Shown one piece after another: positions 36,196-48,936 of a DNA stretch of 56,760 nucleotides. Numbering within the stretch: position 1 is the first letter of the stretch; each line of letters starts with the position of its first letter. The translations under genes were made by a program, and so were the position numbers. The notes beneath the pieces were generated by a model. It was given only the letters and a program-made list of their open reading frames with translations, made no database searches and had not been told where the DNA came from. Origin of the DNA: Xylographa opegraphella (Eukaryota); the NCBI GenBank assembly GCA_022813865.1, contig JALDZX010000088.1, forward strand, positions 1-56,760, in the 5' to 3' direction.

Positions 36196-39101
36196 ATGAG
36201 ATTCACTATAGAGTAAGGCGCCTTCGCTCGCTTTTCGTTTGCTGCTAACAGACCTGCCAGAACCCTTCCAATACTCTTCCCATACCCTCGAATATATCCA
36301 GGTCAGTGAGAAGCACTTGTGATTTTCTAATACAGACCGCTGACTGAGATCTTCCGAAGAGCAATATGCGTATGTCTATTCTGATAACAAGCTGACGGTA
36401 CTTACTAAACGAAATATGCCAGCTACATGTGCGATCTCAAGAGTATAGGTCCTAAAATTCTTACTTATTCTGGCTGGAAACTGATATCCATTCATAGGGA
36501 CGCTCGATGCCGGTGGGCATTGCGTCCTCGAGATGCCTTCTGGAACAGGGAAGACCGTGTCTCTTCTTTCCCTCATTGTGGCTTATCAACAATATTATCC
36601 TGAGCATCGGAAACTGATATATTGCTCGCGTATATAGCCTTCACCAATCGATACCGGCAATACTGATGCCTCCATAGGTACGATGTCGGAAATTGAAAAG
36701 GCTTTGGCTGAGCTGAAAGCTTTAATGAAGTATCGGTCGGAGCAGCTGGGCTACGAAGAGGACTTCCGAGGACTGGGTTTAACCAGTCGGAAGAACTTAT
36801 GTTTGCATCCCTCTGTGAAAAGGGAAAAGAGTGGGGCGATTGTCGACGCCCGGTGTAGAAGCCTTACTGCAGGATTTGTAAAAGAGAAAAAAGAGAAGGG
36901 GGAAGACGTTGATCTATGTATCTATCATGATGTATAGCTTTTGGCATCACATTTGGCTAGAGTCTTACTAATAAGAGCTGCAGAATCTTGATTTGTTAGA
37001 GCCACATAACCTTGTGCCGCCAGGAGTTTTCACACTTGATGGAATGCTGAAGTATGGCGAACAGCACAAGCAATGCCCATACTTTTCCGTGCGGCGGATG
37101 GTACGGGATGTGGCTTTGACAATCGTAATCTGCAGGCGGCTAACATTTGTAGATGCCATTCTGCAACGTCATAATATATTCTTACCATTATCTACTCGAT
37201 CCAAAGATAGCAGAGCGAGTCTCCAAAGAGCTGTCTAAAGACTGTATAGTGGTTTTTGATGAAGCCCATAACATTGACAACGTCTGTATCGAGTCCTTAA
37301 GCATCGATCTTACGGAAGACTCCTTACGAAAGGCTACAAGAGGGGCCAACAATTTGGAGAAGAAGATAGAGGAGATGAAGTCTTCGGATGCTGACAAGCT
37401 CCAAAATGAGTATGCTAAATTGGTGGAAGGCTTGCGAGATGCGGATGAAGCACGGCAGGAAGATACTTTTATGGCAAATCCCGGTATATCTTGGAAGTTG
37501 AATAACAGACAGGTCTCTAACATTGATAGCCCTGCCCGACGACTTGTTGAAGGAAGCAGTGCCTGGCAATATACGGCGAGCGGAGCATTTCATTGTTTTT
37601 TTAAAACGATTCATAGAGTATCTCAAGGTTTTAGCATAATTCTATATCCTATATGATCGACTAATAATGTTCGCGCAGACTCGAATGAAGGTGCTACATG
37701 TGATATCAGAAACGCCACCCTCGTTTCTCCAGCATCTTAAGGATCTCACCTTCATCGAGAAGAAACCACTCAGGTAAGGATCCTCCCAACCACGTCTTGA
37801 AAAGTAGCCTTGAAGCTAAGCTATCAAGGTTTTGCGCTGAACGATTGACATCCCTTGTCCGCACTCTCGAGCTCACCAACATAGAAGACTACCAACCCCT
37901 CCAAGAAGTAGCCACGTTTGCTACTCTCGCCGCCACCTATGATAGAGGCTTTCTCCTCATCCTCGAGCCATTTGAGTCTGATACCGCTACCGTACCTAAC
38001 CCCATTCTCCACTTTACCTGCCTAGACGCCGCCATCGCTATCAAACCTGTCTTTGACCGCTTTTCCTCGGTCATTATCACTTCCGGAACTATCTCCCCCC
38101 TCGAAATGTATCCCAAGATGCTGGGCTTTACCACCGTTGTCCAAGAGTCTTACAGCATGACCCTCGCCCGCCGCTCCTTCTTGCCCATGATCGTTACCCG
38201 CGGCGCGGACCAATCTGTAATATCTTCTGGCTTCGCCATCCGTAACGAGCTTGGCGTCGTCCGCAATTATGGCACTCTACTTCAGGAGTTTTCAAAAATT
38301 ACACCCGATGGCGTAGTTGTCTTCTTCCCATCATACCTTTATATGGAATCCATCATCAGTATGTGGCAGGGCATGGGGATCCTGGATGAGATTTGGAAGT
38401 ACAAGCTCATTCTTGTCGAAACGCCCGACGCCCAGGAAACCTCCCTCGCGCTCGAAACATACCGCACTGCTTGTTGCAACGGCCGCGGCGCAATTCTGCT
38501 CTGTGTTGCCCGTGGTAAAGTTTCCGAGGGTATCGATTTCGACCACCACTACGGCCGCACTGTGCTGTGTATCGGTGTTCCTTTCCAGTATACAGAATCT
38601 CGTATCCTCAAAGCACGCCTCGAATTTCTTCGTGAAACATATCGTATCCGCGAAAACGACTTTCTCTCCTTTGACGCAATGCGGCACGCCGCGCAATGTC
38701 TCGGTCGGGTCTTACGAGGCAAGGACGACTATGGAATCATGGTATTGGCAGACAAGCGGTTTCACAAAAAGCGGGCCCAGCTGCCAAAGTGGATCAACCA
38801 GGCGCTGCTGGAGAGCGACACGGATATATCGACGGATATGGCGGTTGCGACAGCCAAGAAGTTTCTGAGGACAATGGCACAGCCTTTCGGGGGAAGAGAT
38901 CAGGAAGGCATCAGCACATGGAGTCTGGTGGACTTGGAGAGACACAAGGAGAAGATGAGGGACGAAAATATAAGGGAATTGAGGAACAAGCAGTTGGAGA
39001 TAGCAAATGAGAGAGATGTGATTGGGTTGTGTATGGAACGGGTAGAGGACGAATTTGGAAGTGGCGATATTGACGAGGTGATGTTGAATATGGAAGCATA
39101 A
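36196..39101 (+). CDS. RAD3: TFIIH/NER helicase XPD; join(36196..36212,36261..36301,36360..36369,36423..36442,36498..36629,36678..36931,36984..37100,37153..37483,37530..37627,37679..37773,37829..39101), 795 aa
   Basis: Walker [11 protein letters not shown], Fe-S region [17 protein letters not shown] box [25 protein letters not shown] and [10 protein letters not shown]. The 11 exons sum to an intact frame. Confidence 0.95.
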
Positions 39102-39281
39102 CAAAAAGCTGATATCGCTTTACATCTTCGTTGTTCGGAAAAGAATACGCGGTACGGTATGGCATTGGAGCGATACTGAAACCAGTTCCGCCATTCCCGT
39201 CACTAACGTGAAGCTAATATGTACAATGAATTGTCTGCAACAAGGTATGCATCTTGAATAAAATGTTGCAGATTGTAGGGT

Positions 39282-40916
39282 TTACTGGTCTTTTGTTTTA
39301 GTCACTTTCGCTTCTGGTATATGCTTTCTGAATTTAGCCTCCTTTCCGTTCTCCTTGCATGCTCGTTCCCCTGTTTCGATCCTTTTGTTTCCCTCCCGAT
39401 ATTTGGCAGTCTTCTCACTAAGATATCGCCAAGCGTTGATTGCTCCACCAGTGACGATCCCTTTGATAGTTTGACTTATACTAGGCCACCGAATAGTCTT
39501 CTTAATCACTTTCCTGACCTCCTTTTTCAGACTCTCGGGTTCATCACCTGCAACCCGCCGCTCGAATTCACCACCTTGTTTCCGTTTCACCCTGATGGGA
39601 TCTTCATCATTTGCTGCATCGAGCATCTTCTTGAATTCGAGCTGGGGAATCTGAAATTTGGACTGGTATGCAAAGTATAATTTTCCGCGGAAAAGCTTTG
39701 GAAGTCGACGAACCATATTGCCGCGCTTGACTGGGTCCATATCTTGTGCCATCGAAGCATTTGTTCTAGGGTCTTGAATCCAATCTGGGTGAGACGTTCG
39801 TGGATCCTTGAAAGAAACGTTGGGAAGGTTCTCAATAAGAGGAGCATAAAGGCGCCGAAAGTTGGCAAGCTGATTAGTGACGATGTTGGCGACTTTATCC
39901 TGGTTTTCAGTAGGAAGAGACATGCGAACATCGCCGAGATAGGAAATACCAGCTATCGTGCTATATAATTCCTGCTCTGTAAACGTCGATGGAAGAAGTA
40001 GAAGAGCTGTGCGAACCGCAGAAAGCAAATTGACCTGATTTGCAAGACGGACACGGGCATCATCACGGAGAATTTTGACCGGTTTATGTAGGCGCCCAGC
40101 AAGGTAAAGAGTATTCCACTCCGAAAGATCCCTGCAGAGCGTATCGAGGTTGACAACACCGTACTTGATCAAAGTACCATTGACCGTGACAAAAGGATTG
40201 AAATAGACGCCAGCGCCCCAAGTATCCTGGATTCGTGAAACAGCGTATGATCCCGCATACCTTACTGCTGAATAATGATCAGGATGTTGTTGCAGATTTA
40301 AAGAATGCCAATGTTGAGTATATGAAACACCAAAAATGAAATCAATCATCTTCCCCTGTCCTCCTTGTACATTCGAGATGGCGACACTAGGTTTCAGGTG
40401 AAGTCTAGAGGGCGATAATGTAGGAGGTGAAGCAGTTTGAGGGAAGACTCCTGAGCCATAAGCAAAGGCATACCGGATTGGAGCGCGGAACTGCCAGAGT
40501 ATTTGACGCAAGGCTTCTTTGAATTCATCGTTGATTACCATATGCTGATTGATGCCGAAATCGGTGGAAGGAAGCTCTGAAAAGGTGGAGATGCTCAGAT
40601 CCGGGTTCTCGTCCCAATCCACAGGAGGAGAGCTAGGTTTATCTTTCGATGGTGGAGTAGACGGTTGAGCTTCTCTCCTCGTTGACCATTCCCTTGCTTT
40701 CGTATTTAGTTGGCTATGAAGTTCACATGAGGTAAAGGATCTGTGAGACTGAGCCCATTGTCCTTGTCCGCGAGCTACGGAGCCCTGGCAAATAAGAGAT
40801 GCCTGCTGTATGATCCTAGGTTTGCTGAGCAGAGATACCTATCATAATAAAGCTATTAGCGGGTAGTTTTATAGATAAGGGACGGCCAGCGCTGTCGGAG
40901 ACCTCACAAGAACCAT
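39282..40916 (-). CDS. TAM41: Mitochondrial phosphatidate cytidylyltransferase Tam41 (Mmp37); complement(join(39282..40838,40908..40916)), ~521 aa
   Basis: Motifs FAYGSGVFPQ, MIDFIFGV, WHSLNLQQHPDHYS, GVYFNP, IKYGVV, LYLAGRLHKPV, ISYLGDVRM. The 9-nt first exon is inferred from GTGAGG..GCTAAT..TAG and is less certain. Confidence 0.92.
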
Positions 40917-41384
40917 AGCTTCCCGTATATACAAGGCTTCCACGTCGTAAAATGTTATGGAGGACCGTTGATACCGCGCAGATGGTATTCTATATCATTA
41001 CACGCCATCAAGATCTGCCATCATAGGCCCGCGATAAACATCACTGGCAATGGCATTTATATTCTATATTTGTTGCTGCTGGACGGAGTAGGTATGTAGC
41101 AGTTTGTCGTTATTACCATTAACGAGGGGAGCTAATAGTGACATTCCCTGCCAGTGCTAAGGCCAGAGCTCCCCGCGGACTTAGTAGCACGCTAAATCGC
41201 GGGTCAGGAACAGAATGCATAACGCGCTTCGGGGAAGGAGCCATAGTAAACATCTCGACACTGCACGGCACACGAGGAATAGCCATACGTGAGCCAATTG
41301 CTCGACTCTTTGAGGATCCAACGTATGCTTTCGATTGCAAGACGGTTTGCTACGGTGTATAATCTTCTTTCTCCATCAAAGGCA

Positions 41385-44300
41385 ATGGCCATACCGCAGG
41401 GTATGGAAATATATGCTACGAGGCTTGCGTCCTTTGACATAGCTCAACCTACAACACAGAAAAAAAGAGCCTCTGGCGTCAAAGGCGCAAAAGCTCTAAA
41501 GTGGCCACACAAGAGCCCATCCCCCACCGATGTAGGTTTTGTGTTCTGGCGCGGGCAGCACCCTTCTGTACTAAAGACGATAGCTTGCAAGAGCCGGATT
41601 CTTTTATGCGCCAACCATAGCCTGTTCCGACAACGTGACATGTTTTGTGTGTGGAAAAGAGCTGGATGGTTGGGAAGAAAAAGACGATCCGGTGAAGGAG
41701 CACCTTAACTTTTCGCCGGGATGTGGCTGGGCCATCAACATGGCAATTGAGCAAGATGTTGAAGAGGGCATACGCGAAGACGAGAACCCGATGTCGGCAA
41801 GGATGTTGGAGGCGCGTAAGTCGACTTTTGGTGATAGATGGCCCCATAAGAATAAACGGGGTTGGACTTGCAAGGTTCAGAAAGTACAAATTGATGTCTG
41901 ATGCAATACTGAGCTTACAACTGACGAAGAATAGATGATAGAAGCTGGATGGTACCACTGTCCAACAGCTGAGAGCGACGACTTCGTGAAGTGTGCGTAT
42001 TGTAACCTAAGTTTGGACGGCTGGGAGCCGAAGGACAAGCCTTTGTAAGTTTTAACGGATACGACTACCTTGTAAACAGCATGCTGAATTAGGAAAGTGA
42101 GGAACATCAACGCCGCTCACCAGAGTGCGCATTCTTTACACTGTCGCAATCTACAGGTGTGAAGCCTGTACGTACAAAGCAAGGGCGTCCTTTCAAAGCA
42201 TCGCGGATGTCAACGCAGTCTAACTCGACGGCTGCACTGGAGGATATATCAATGCTTGACGTTGCAGTTGATGCTGCGGCTGAAGAGGGAGACAGCATTG
42301 CAACAGCAGGAACATACATTACCACCGCCTCCACACCATCAATAACCGCAAGACAGGTCGGAACAGCAAAGATGGGGAACGCGAAAGCACGGAGTAAAGA
42401 TATGAAAACTGCCGTGGCGGAAGAAATTACTCAGAATAACAGCTTTCTTGAGGCAGAAGACGATGATTATGAGGTCAAGATTCTGACAGACTCTATTGAA
42501 AATCACCGCGGTATGAAGAGACTTGGTAGTGACATGGAAACTAACGATGTACCATTTGAAGGTGTTGCCAGTACTTCGAAACGGCGAGCCACAAGAACCA
42601 GAAGCAGTACAAATAAACCACGAATTGTCCCCAATCAAGCCGAATCTTTCAAGACTGTGAGTGATACGCATATAGTTGATACTAAGGATATTTCTCAGCC
42701 GACATTATCATCGTCGAAGAAAGGCGGAAGGCCCGGGAGAAAAAGAGGATCGATCACTGCCCAGAAAGCAGCGAACATATCAACAGCATCTAAGGTATCA
42801 CTGCGAGGCGTCCCTACCGATACTGAGATCGATGCCGCTCTCGAGGCCGATCTCAATCGACCCCTGACTGATGACGACGCCGTGGAAGTATCAACCAGAG
42901 TACCTAAGACTAGGCGTTTGACCCGCAACCACCCGCACTCGACGCAATTATCTGCATCAATTGCGTGTGCTCGACAACCTGCACAGTCCACCACATTAGC
43001 TTTCGAGCATAATCAAGTCGAAGTCAGGGTCGAAATCCTAAAAGTTTCCGAAGTTGACGAAGCACCGAGTGCAACGGATGAAAACCTACACTCGATATCC
43101 ACTTCGTTCTTCGAGGAGCAGTCAATGACCGCCAAGACGAACACCAGGAAAGCGGAGAACCAGGCCAAGGCCTCTATAACACCAAAGGCATTGAAGCAGC
43201 AAAATACCTTGAGTGTGGAACAAGATCATTCAATCTTCAATCAGCCAACAGCCTCCGAGTTCGTAGTAATGGCGCCGGATAACAATCAGGTCAGCAAATC
43301 TGACAGAGAAAACGGAGATGGGCCGCAGGATCTAGCCAGCAAGAAACGATTGGGAGATCTCCCAAAGCTAAAGCAATCAAAACTTCGTCAACCTTCGCAG
43401 CTTGTTACCGGCAGAGGCAGGGCAGGATCAGTTGTGTCAATTACCAAGCCGCCTTCCCAATCTCAACTAAACGAGGAAACCCATGTTCTGATCCCAGAAA
43501 CTGTTACAAAAGATATTTTGTCTGAGAGTGACACAAACATCATAACAGAAGCTCCACCGAAGCCAGGTAGGAAAAAAGGGGAAGCTTCCAAGAAAGGCGA
43601 GACGTCAAAAAAAGTGGATTCTTCTTCTCAACTAGTTGAAGATAATCCTCCAGCTTTGATGGAAAAGGCAAGCAACGATCACTTTCCGTCCTTTTCCCAA
43701 AACGTAGTCTCTGAAGAAGGAGAATCTGCGGCAGGAACCAGCATTCCGCTACCTTTCACTACTGACTTTGAACAGAGACCTAGAGCACGAGAGAGCTCGA
43801 CCGGACAGCCAATTGTCGCACAGGAAGCAGAGGAAGCGTTGAAGCACAAGCCACGTAGAGGGCGTCCTAAGGGTAAAGCTTCATTGTCGAGCTCTCGCTT
43901 GACACAAAAGCAAGACGAGCGAACACCGGAATCTCAAAGAATTTCGAGCCAGAAACTATCGACTACCACCGCAGGTCCTGTCGAGTCCCTCGCGTCATCT
44001 CCAAGACTTGTAGCCACCTTCTCACCGACTCTCCAGCCACCAACGCCGAAACAAACCGTCCTGTCCCCTACTCCATCCCCACACTCTTCCGATGCCGAAA
44101 ACCAGCCACCATCATCTCGTCCTTCACAACAACGGCCCCCACTTTTTGAGACGTCGCCTTCTATGATACAGGCTAAACTTATACCCCTTGTTGTAAGCAC
44201 GCCTAATACGTCACCATCGCGGCAGAATAAATCGTGTATGGTACAGACGTCTTTCCATTGGGCAACAGTAGATATTGAGAATATTTTGCTGGGTTCACCA

Positions 44301-44531
44301 AAGCCAGCCCGGTCACTGTCACTGTCACTGTCACATATTTCAGGGGATGTTATGAAGGACTGTTTGTCGAGCCCTGAGCAGAAGATGACAGTAGAGGAAT
44401 GGATACAGTTCAACGCAAAAAGGGGCGAGGAAGATCTGCGGGTCGAATGCGAGAGATTGGTGGGTCGGTTTGAGGGCGAAGGTAATCGGGCATTGAGAAC
44501 TCTGGAGGGCGTAATATGCAAGGATTCATGA
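41385..44531 (+). CDS. BIR1: Survivin/Bir1-like chromosomal passenger protein, two BIR domains plus AT-hook; join(41385..41531,41584..41883,41935..42044,42098..44531), ~996 aa
   Basis: BIR1 RLASF..LARAGFFY..CFVCGKELDGWEEKDDPVKEH..C and BIR2 RKSTF..MIEAGW..CAYCNLSLDGWEPKDKPFEEHQRRSPEC. AT-hook KPRRGRPK. C-terminal MTVEEWI..CERLVGRFE. Confidence 0.9.
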
Positions 44532-44742
44532 CATTTCACTAGCTGGCGTTCCAAAGAGAATTATTTACTTGGTATTGATCTCGGATTTTTGTTGACCCAT
44601 GGGTTTCGGCCATTGGATTTTTGGACTGAAATATATGTAAGAAGTCCAATATGAGAGTTCAAAACACAGTAGCGGAAGAAATTCCTTGTTCTGGAGCGCT
44701 TACCCTTCATTTTGTGTCTAGTAAAGTATCTGGTAAGTTCGT

Positions 44743-45291
44743 TCATACTTGGTGTATTTGCCGGAATCTGCGGAAGTCAAGCGACCAAAGAGGACCTGGG
44801 TGTACTAGAGAAATCGCAAGTGTCGCCACGGCTATAGTCCAAAGCCAATCCTGCCACCACCGCTCCATGCCTCTTTTTCGTCTACCTCCACAGCTACGTC
44901 CGGTCACAACTTCACAGCCTCCTTCACCGCTCGTACAGTCTTTGTGCCGCCTTCTCCGTGCCATAATCGTCTTGACCTCCGTGCTCGCACAAAATTCGCG
45001 ATCTGTCTTGAACAGCGTGCTTGTATTGATAGGGCACGACAAGCCGCGCTTTTTACGATCGACAAGCCACGCTATTTTAAGACGAATATTTGTATTCGTA
45101 GAAACTAAAGGGGAGTAGTAGAAGTATGGATGCGTATGCCGAAGCGCGAGAAGATCCGGATACGGGAGATAAGCGCGTAGATGGAGGAGGAGTTCCGAGG
45201 GCAGACAAAGAAGAGGAAATGAATTAGGTAGAACAGATGAAAGCAGATTGGCCGACTGCGGCGAGGATGCGATATAGTATGGGACTCGCAT
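44743..45291 (-). CDS. Small F-box protein with Cys/His-rich region and C-terminal hydrophobic segment
   Basis: F-box-like LLCLPSELLLHLRAYLPYPDLLALRHTHPYFY. Spaced C/H residues. Tail WWQDWLWTIAVATLAISLV. First ATG at 45291. Confidence 0.65.
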   Translation of the reverse strand: MRVPYYIASSPQSANLLSSVLPNSFPLLCLPSELLLHLRAYLPYPDLLALRHTHPYFYYSPLVSTNTNIRLKIAWLVDRKKRGLSCPINTSTLFKTDREFCASTEVKTIMARRRRHKDCTSGEGGCEVVTGRSCGGRRKRGMERWWQDWLWTIAVATLAISLVHPGPLWSLDFRRFRQIHQV

Positions 45292-45972
45292 TGTCAAGAA
45301 ACCAAGAAGACTGACGCAGTGAGGAAAGAGCGATGTGGCACTTGAGATGTTGGCTCGATGCTTGAGTCAGTGGAGAGACAAATGGGATATAGAATAAGGA
45401 GTATTGTTCAACAGCCTTTCAAGCGGAACCGCAGAAACGTGACACGTTCGCAAAGAGTAGATTGAAAATGCCAATAAGAGCGACTAGGTTTCAGTGGCCT
45501 TGAAATAGCAGACCTCTAGGCACCTGTATATAACATGTTGAAAGTTTAAGCTATCTAGACTAGACTAGTCTACTCATCTTGAGGCCGAGACCACGCACCA
45601 CAATCGTCCACCACGCCAAGGAGGAAACGTATATCCCACGCACGACGTCATTGCAGGAGCAGGACCATCATCTCACTTCAGGATACGAAGTAGACAAATC
45701 GGTGGAATTGCAATTTCATACTCGGTCAAGCCTGCAGCTTCCAAGGTAACTATCTCTCTCCGCTATCAGGATTTTCGGAACCACGGTCTCCAATATTCAC
45801 TGTTATGAAGTCATTCACTTCAATCCGCTCCCTTCGTGCTTTCCCGGCGGCCCACTGCATCATTAGGTCGTTGCTTACTGTCCAATCGAGCAGAACGTTT
45901 TTCTTCAAATCCAGAACTGAACATAGTCTCAACGCATCTTCTCGCTACTTCACAACAGCGGACACTTACAAG

Positions 45973-46822
45973 ATGTCGTTCAGCAATACAGATACTGGGG
46001 ACAAGCCCGCAGATCCCTACAAGGAGCAGAACAAAAATGAGACCTCGCTGAAAGAGAAGGTCCAGGACCTCGTTGCATTCATGGAGAAGTGCAAGTTCGC
46101 CATGATGACCACCCGTATCGGTAGCAGCGGATTGCTCGTGTCACGTTGTATGGCATTAGCAGCTAAGGTATGACCCACATGTCTCCCGCCCAGTTTTGAC
46201 TGGAGACAGCTCTTCTCGCGAGATGGTATGCTATCATACTAAACTCATTTCTAGGAAGGTGGTGGTATCGATCTCCTATTCCATACGAACACCGAATCTG
46301 GCAAAACAGATGACTTGAAATCCGACCCTAAGATCAACATTGCCTTCCTCAATTCTTCTGGCGAATGGGCCTCCGTGTCCGGTGAAGCGGCCATCACCAC
46401 CGATCGCAATACAATACGGAAGTACTACTCTCCCGCTCTCAAAGCTTGGGTAGGTGATCTTGGGGACGGAAAGCACGATGGTGGCCCCGAGGATCCAAGG
46501 ATAGGCATGATTGCAGTCAAAGCCGTGACCGCGACTTACGCAATCACTAATCAGAGCTTTCTGTCGAGGTCGATGGAGGTGACAAAGGGCATGGTGACGG
46601 GGAGTGCGCCGAATGTGAACATGTTAAGGGAGCTGAGTGAGGAGGAGTTGGAGGAATGTGAGTTGATCACCATCTCATAATAGGCCGGAAAGACCTGGAA
46701 TGTAGCATCATATCAGATGTTTATCACTATTGTCCTCCCTGATAACTCCTCATCCTTTCGCCGCCCGAATGAGTAATATGGCAAAGCTAACATTACTCCT
46801 AGGGCGAAATTCCAGCTCATAA
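45973..46822 (+). CDS. bli-3: BLI-3 family (blue-light-inducible; FMN-binding split-barrel / general stress protein 26-like); join(45973..46167,46255..46657,46803..46822), 205 aa
   Basis: Motifs MSFSNTDTGDKPADPYK, KFAMMTT, LVSRCMALA, LLFHTNTESGKT, GEWASVSG, YYSPALKAWVGDLGDGKHDGGPEDPRIG. An upstream in-frame ATG at 45805 may extend it. Confidence 0.88.
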
Positions 46823-47189
46823 CTGTTCATTTATGGCTCAGCCCTGGTTTCTATACGCTGCTGAGTAGCTCGCAGACAGCAATATTCTACAACGCTATCA
46901 GATAGCTTAGCCAAAATTTGAGACAACATTTTAACCACGAGCTCCACTTAACGTGACCTTCGTTCCTGTTCATCAACGATGGTTTTGAATTTACCTAATC
47001 GTAAGATGCATTCCTTGAGCGACATCAACGTTGTGCGAGCCACTACTCTCTGTGAATATAGTGTGGCAGTCCTTAACACTTGGCAATCACTCCGACCTCT
47101 CTCATAGGAAGTCATATTTTCATCTATACCATTTCGTGTTTAGAACCCCCCCGGTCAGGTAATCTACGTCAATAACTTTCAAAAGGGTC

Positions 47190-47660
47190 CTATGTACCCG
47201 CCACGCTCTCTGCCGCTCTCTTCAATTAAGTAACACACGACGCAATTGAGCCGCCTTCAATCCCCAGCTCGTCTTCTGTCGCTAGCGCCAGCATCCCGAT
47301 CTCCACTTTAGTGAACCTGAATATGGTATTCACTTCTTAGAAAAACTTAAGAGTGCCATCCGCGGGAAGTCCTAATGGCATCATCTCCAAAATCCCTCGT
47401 TAGAACTCATACGGTAGCAGTGTCAACGGTATCCCAGTGGAGAGCCAGGCATCGCAGTAAATTTCGTATTTCGAGTCTACCATAAACGAGTTGGTAGGCT
47501 GTACGATAGGGAGTGTGGGACGGAACTGATTGCTATTTGAGGGCAACTGCTCTGCACGGAGTGAAGATGCTCCGAGAGGTTTGGGAACGGAAGTGACTGA
47601 AGAAGCCATGATATGCACCATAGTCTTCGTCGATATTCCTTCCTTCTAGGTATCGCAGGT
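47190..47660 (-). pseudogene. Possible decayed gene fragment
   Basis: The frame of ORF 47400..47621 continues as protein-like sequence (RGILEMMPLGLPADGTLKFF*EVNTIFRFTKVEIGMLALATEDELGIEGG..) through in-frame TAA codons at 47400, 47337 and 47226. No family recognised. Confidence 0.25.
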
Positions 47661-47730
47661 CATCCAAAGCGACGTGAAGCGCGCCGTTAAGAAAAGGGGG
47701 TGTAAACATCGACGTTGGAAAGTCGGGATC

Positions 47731-47777
47731 GCGGGCTAGGCGATGCGGGCTAGGCGATGCGGGCTAGGCGATGCGGG
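47731..47777. repeat. 14-bp tandem repeat (GCGGGCTAGGCGAT) x3.4
   Basis: Three perfect copies plus a partial copy, read directly from the sequence. Confidence 0.95.
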
Positions 47778-48359
47778 TACAGCTAAGGGACTCGCAATAA
47801 CATCAACCTCGTGCATTCACAAACAATTGGACTCTCAACAGCTGCTACTTCGGGTACTCTGCCAGCATTGAAGCAGAGTACTTCGATTGAACATGGGAAA
47901 CAGGATCGTATTTAAAAAGCGACATGGCTTGACACGAAGTGCTGGGGAGAGACTACAATCAATGGATTCTGATTGATTATCATCGTTGCCATTGTCGAAA
48001 CGGCTGTCTGGAAGCACAACCCAATCTGCTGCTTACCCCTAGCTTGGTAGGATAAAATATAGAATATGACCATTATATAAACAATTCTGCCCGCTCTAGC
48101 CCGGTTTCGAGCTGATTAGGTACCTAGCTATCGGGTTCGAGCAAAGTCATGCAGTATGTGGAGAGGGAAGTTTTCAATATTTGCTGTACCTCCGCAAATA
48201 GAGCCAATAGAGAACGGGCAACAGGATGAGTGATTCCAAGGCCTACCCTACCCATTTGCTCGATCCGATATTTCAAGCCTAGAATTATCAGTATACAAAT
48301 CTTCCATATTTGATGATAATTCACCACAAGCAAGTGCTTATTGGTCGCAGATCAAGCCT

Positions 48360-48936
48360 TCAGCCTTTATTGAGAAGTTTTTTCAACTTTCCTCTCGCTT
48401 TTTTCCCGGGGAATTCCTGCAGATGTTCAGCGTCCTTCATCCGTACTGTCAACGATTGTTTCGAAGGCTCTCACTTCGTTATCTCTCTCATCGCTGTGTT
48501 CACTTCCACCGGGAGGCTTCGGCCGCTGCTCATCTCCATTACAAACAACCCACCACCCGACTTTTTCCCCCGGAGCCAATTGATCTCGAAGCTCAACCAG
48601 CGCTCCCCATCCGTCGGTGGCCACTCCTTGACCCATGACTTCTCCGATGTCGACACTCAAGCGGCAAGTCTCCACCTTGTCAGCTACGAAAGCGAAGGGC
48701 TGGCTCAAAGCGCTGGCGCTGACATCTGCCGGATCATACTGCTCCACGAAACGTAGATTCGGCAACGCTTTCATAAGGTGTGGGTAGAGCTTTCGTAGAC
48801 TCTGGAGCAGAGATACGGACGTGCCAGGCGAAACTATATACTCGGCGGCAGCATCGTCGATATTATTAAGGATTATGTGAATGCGAATTGCTGAACGAGG
48901 CCACCGGAAGCCGTGGACCACGTAGGCCGGCATCAT
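48360..48936 (-). CDS. flbE: Developmental (conidiation) regulator FlbE homologue; complement(join(48360..48416,48475..48936)), ~172 aa
   Basis: MPAYVVHGFRWPR..IRIHIILNNIDDAAAEYI, LRFVEQYDP..SQPFAFVADKV and IGWW-like VGWWVVCNGDE match recalled FlbE motifs. A GTGAGA..GCTGAAC..CAG intron gives the basic C-terminus KLKKLLNKG. Confidence 0.8.

Noticed and set aside
47731..47777. Direct repeats as a possible CRISPR array
   Set aside because: The repeats are contiguous without spacers, the context is eukaryotic and there are no cas genes.
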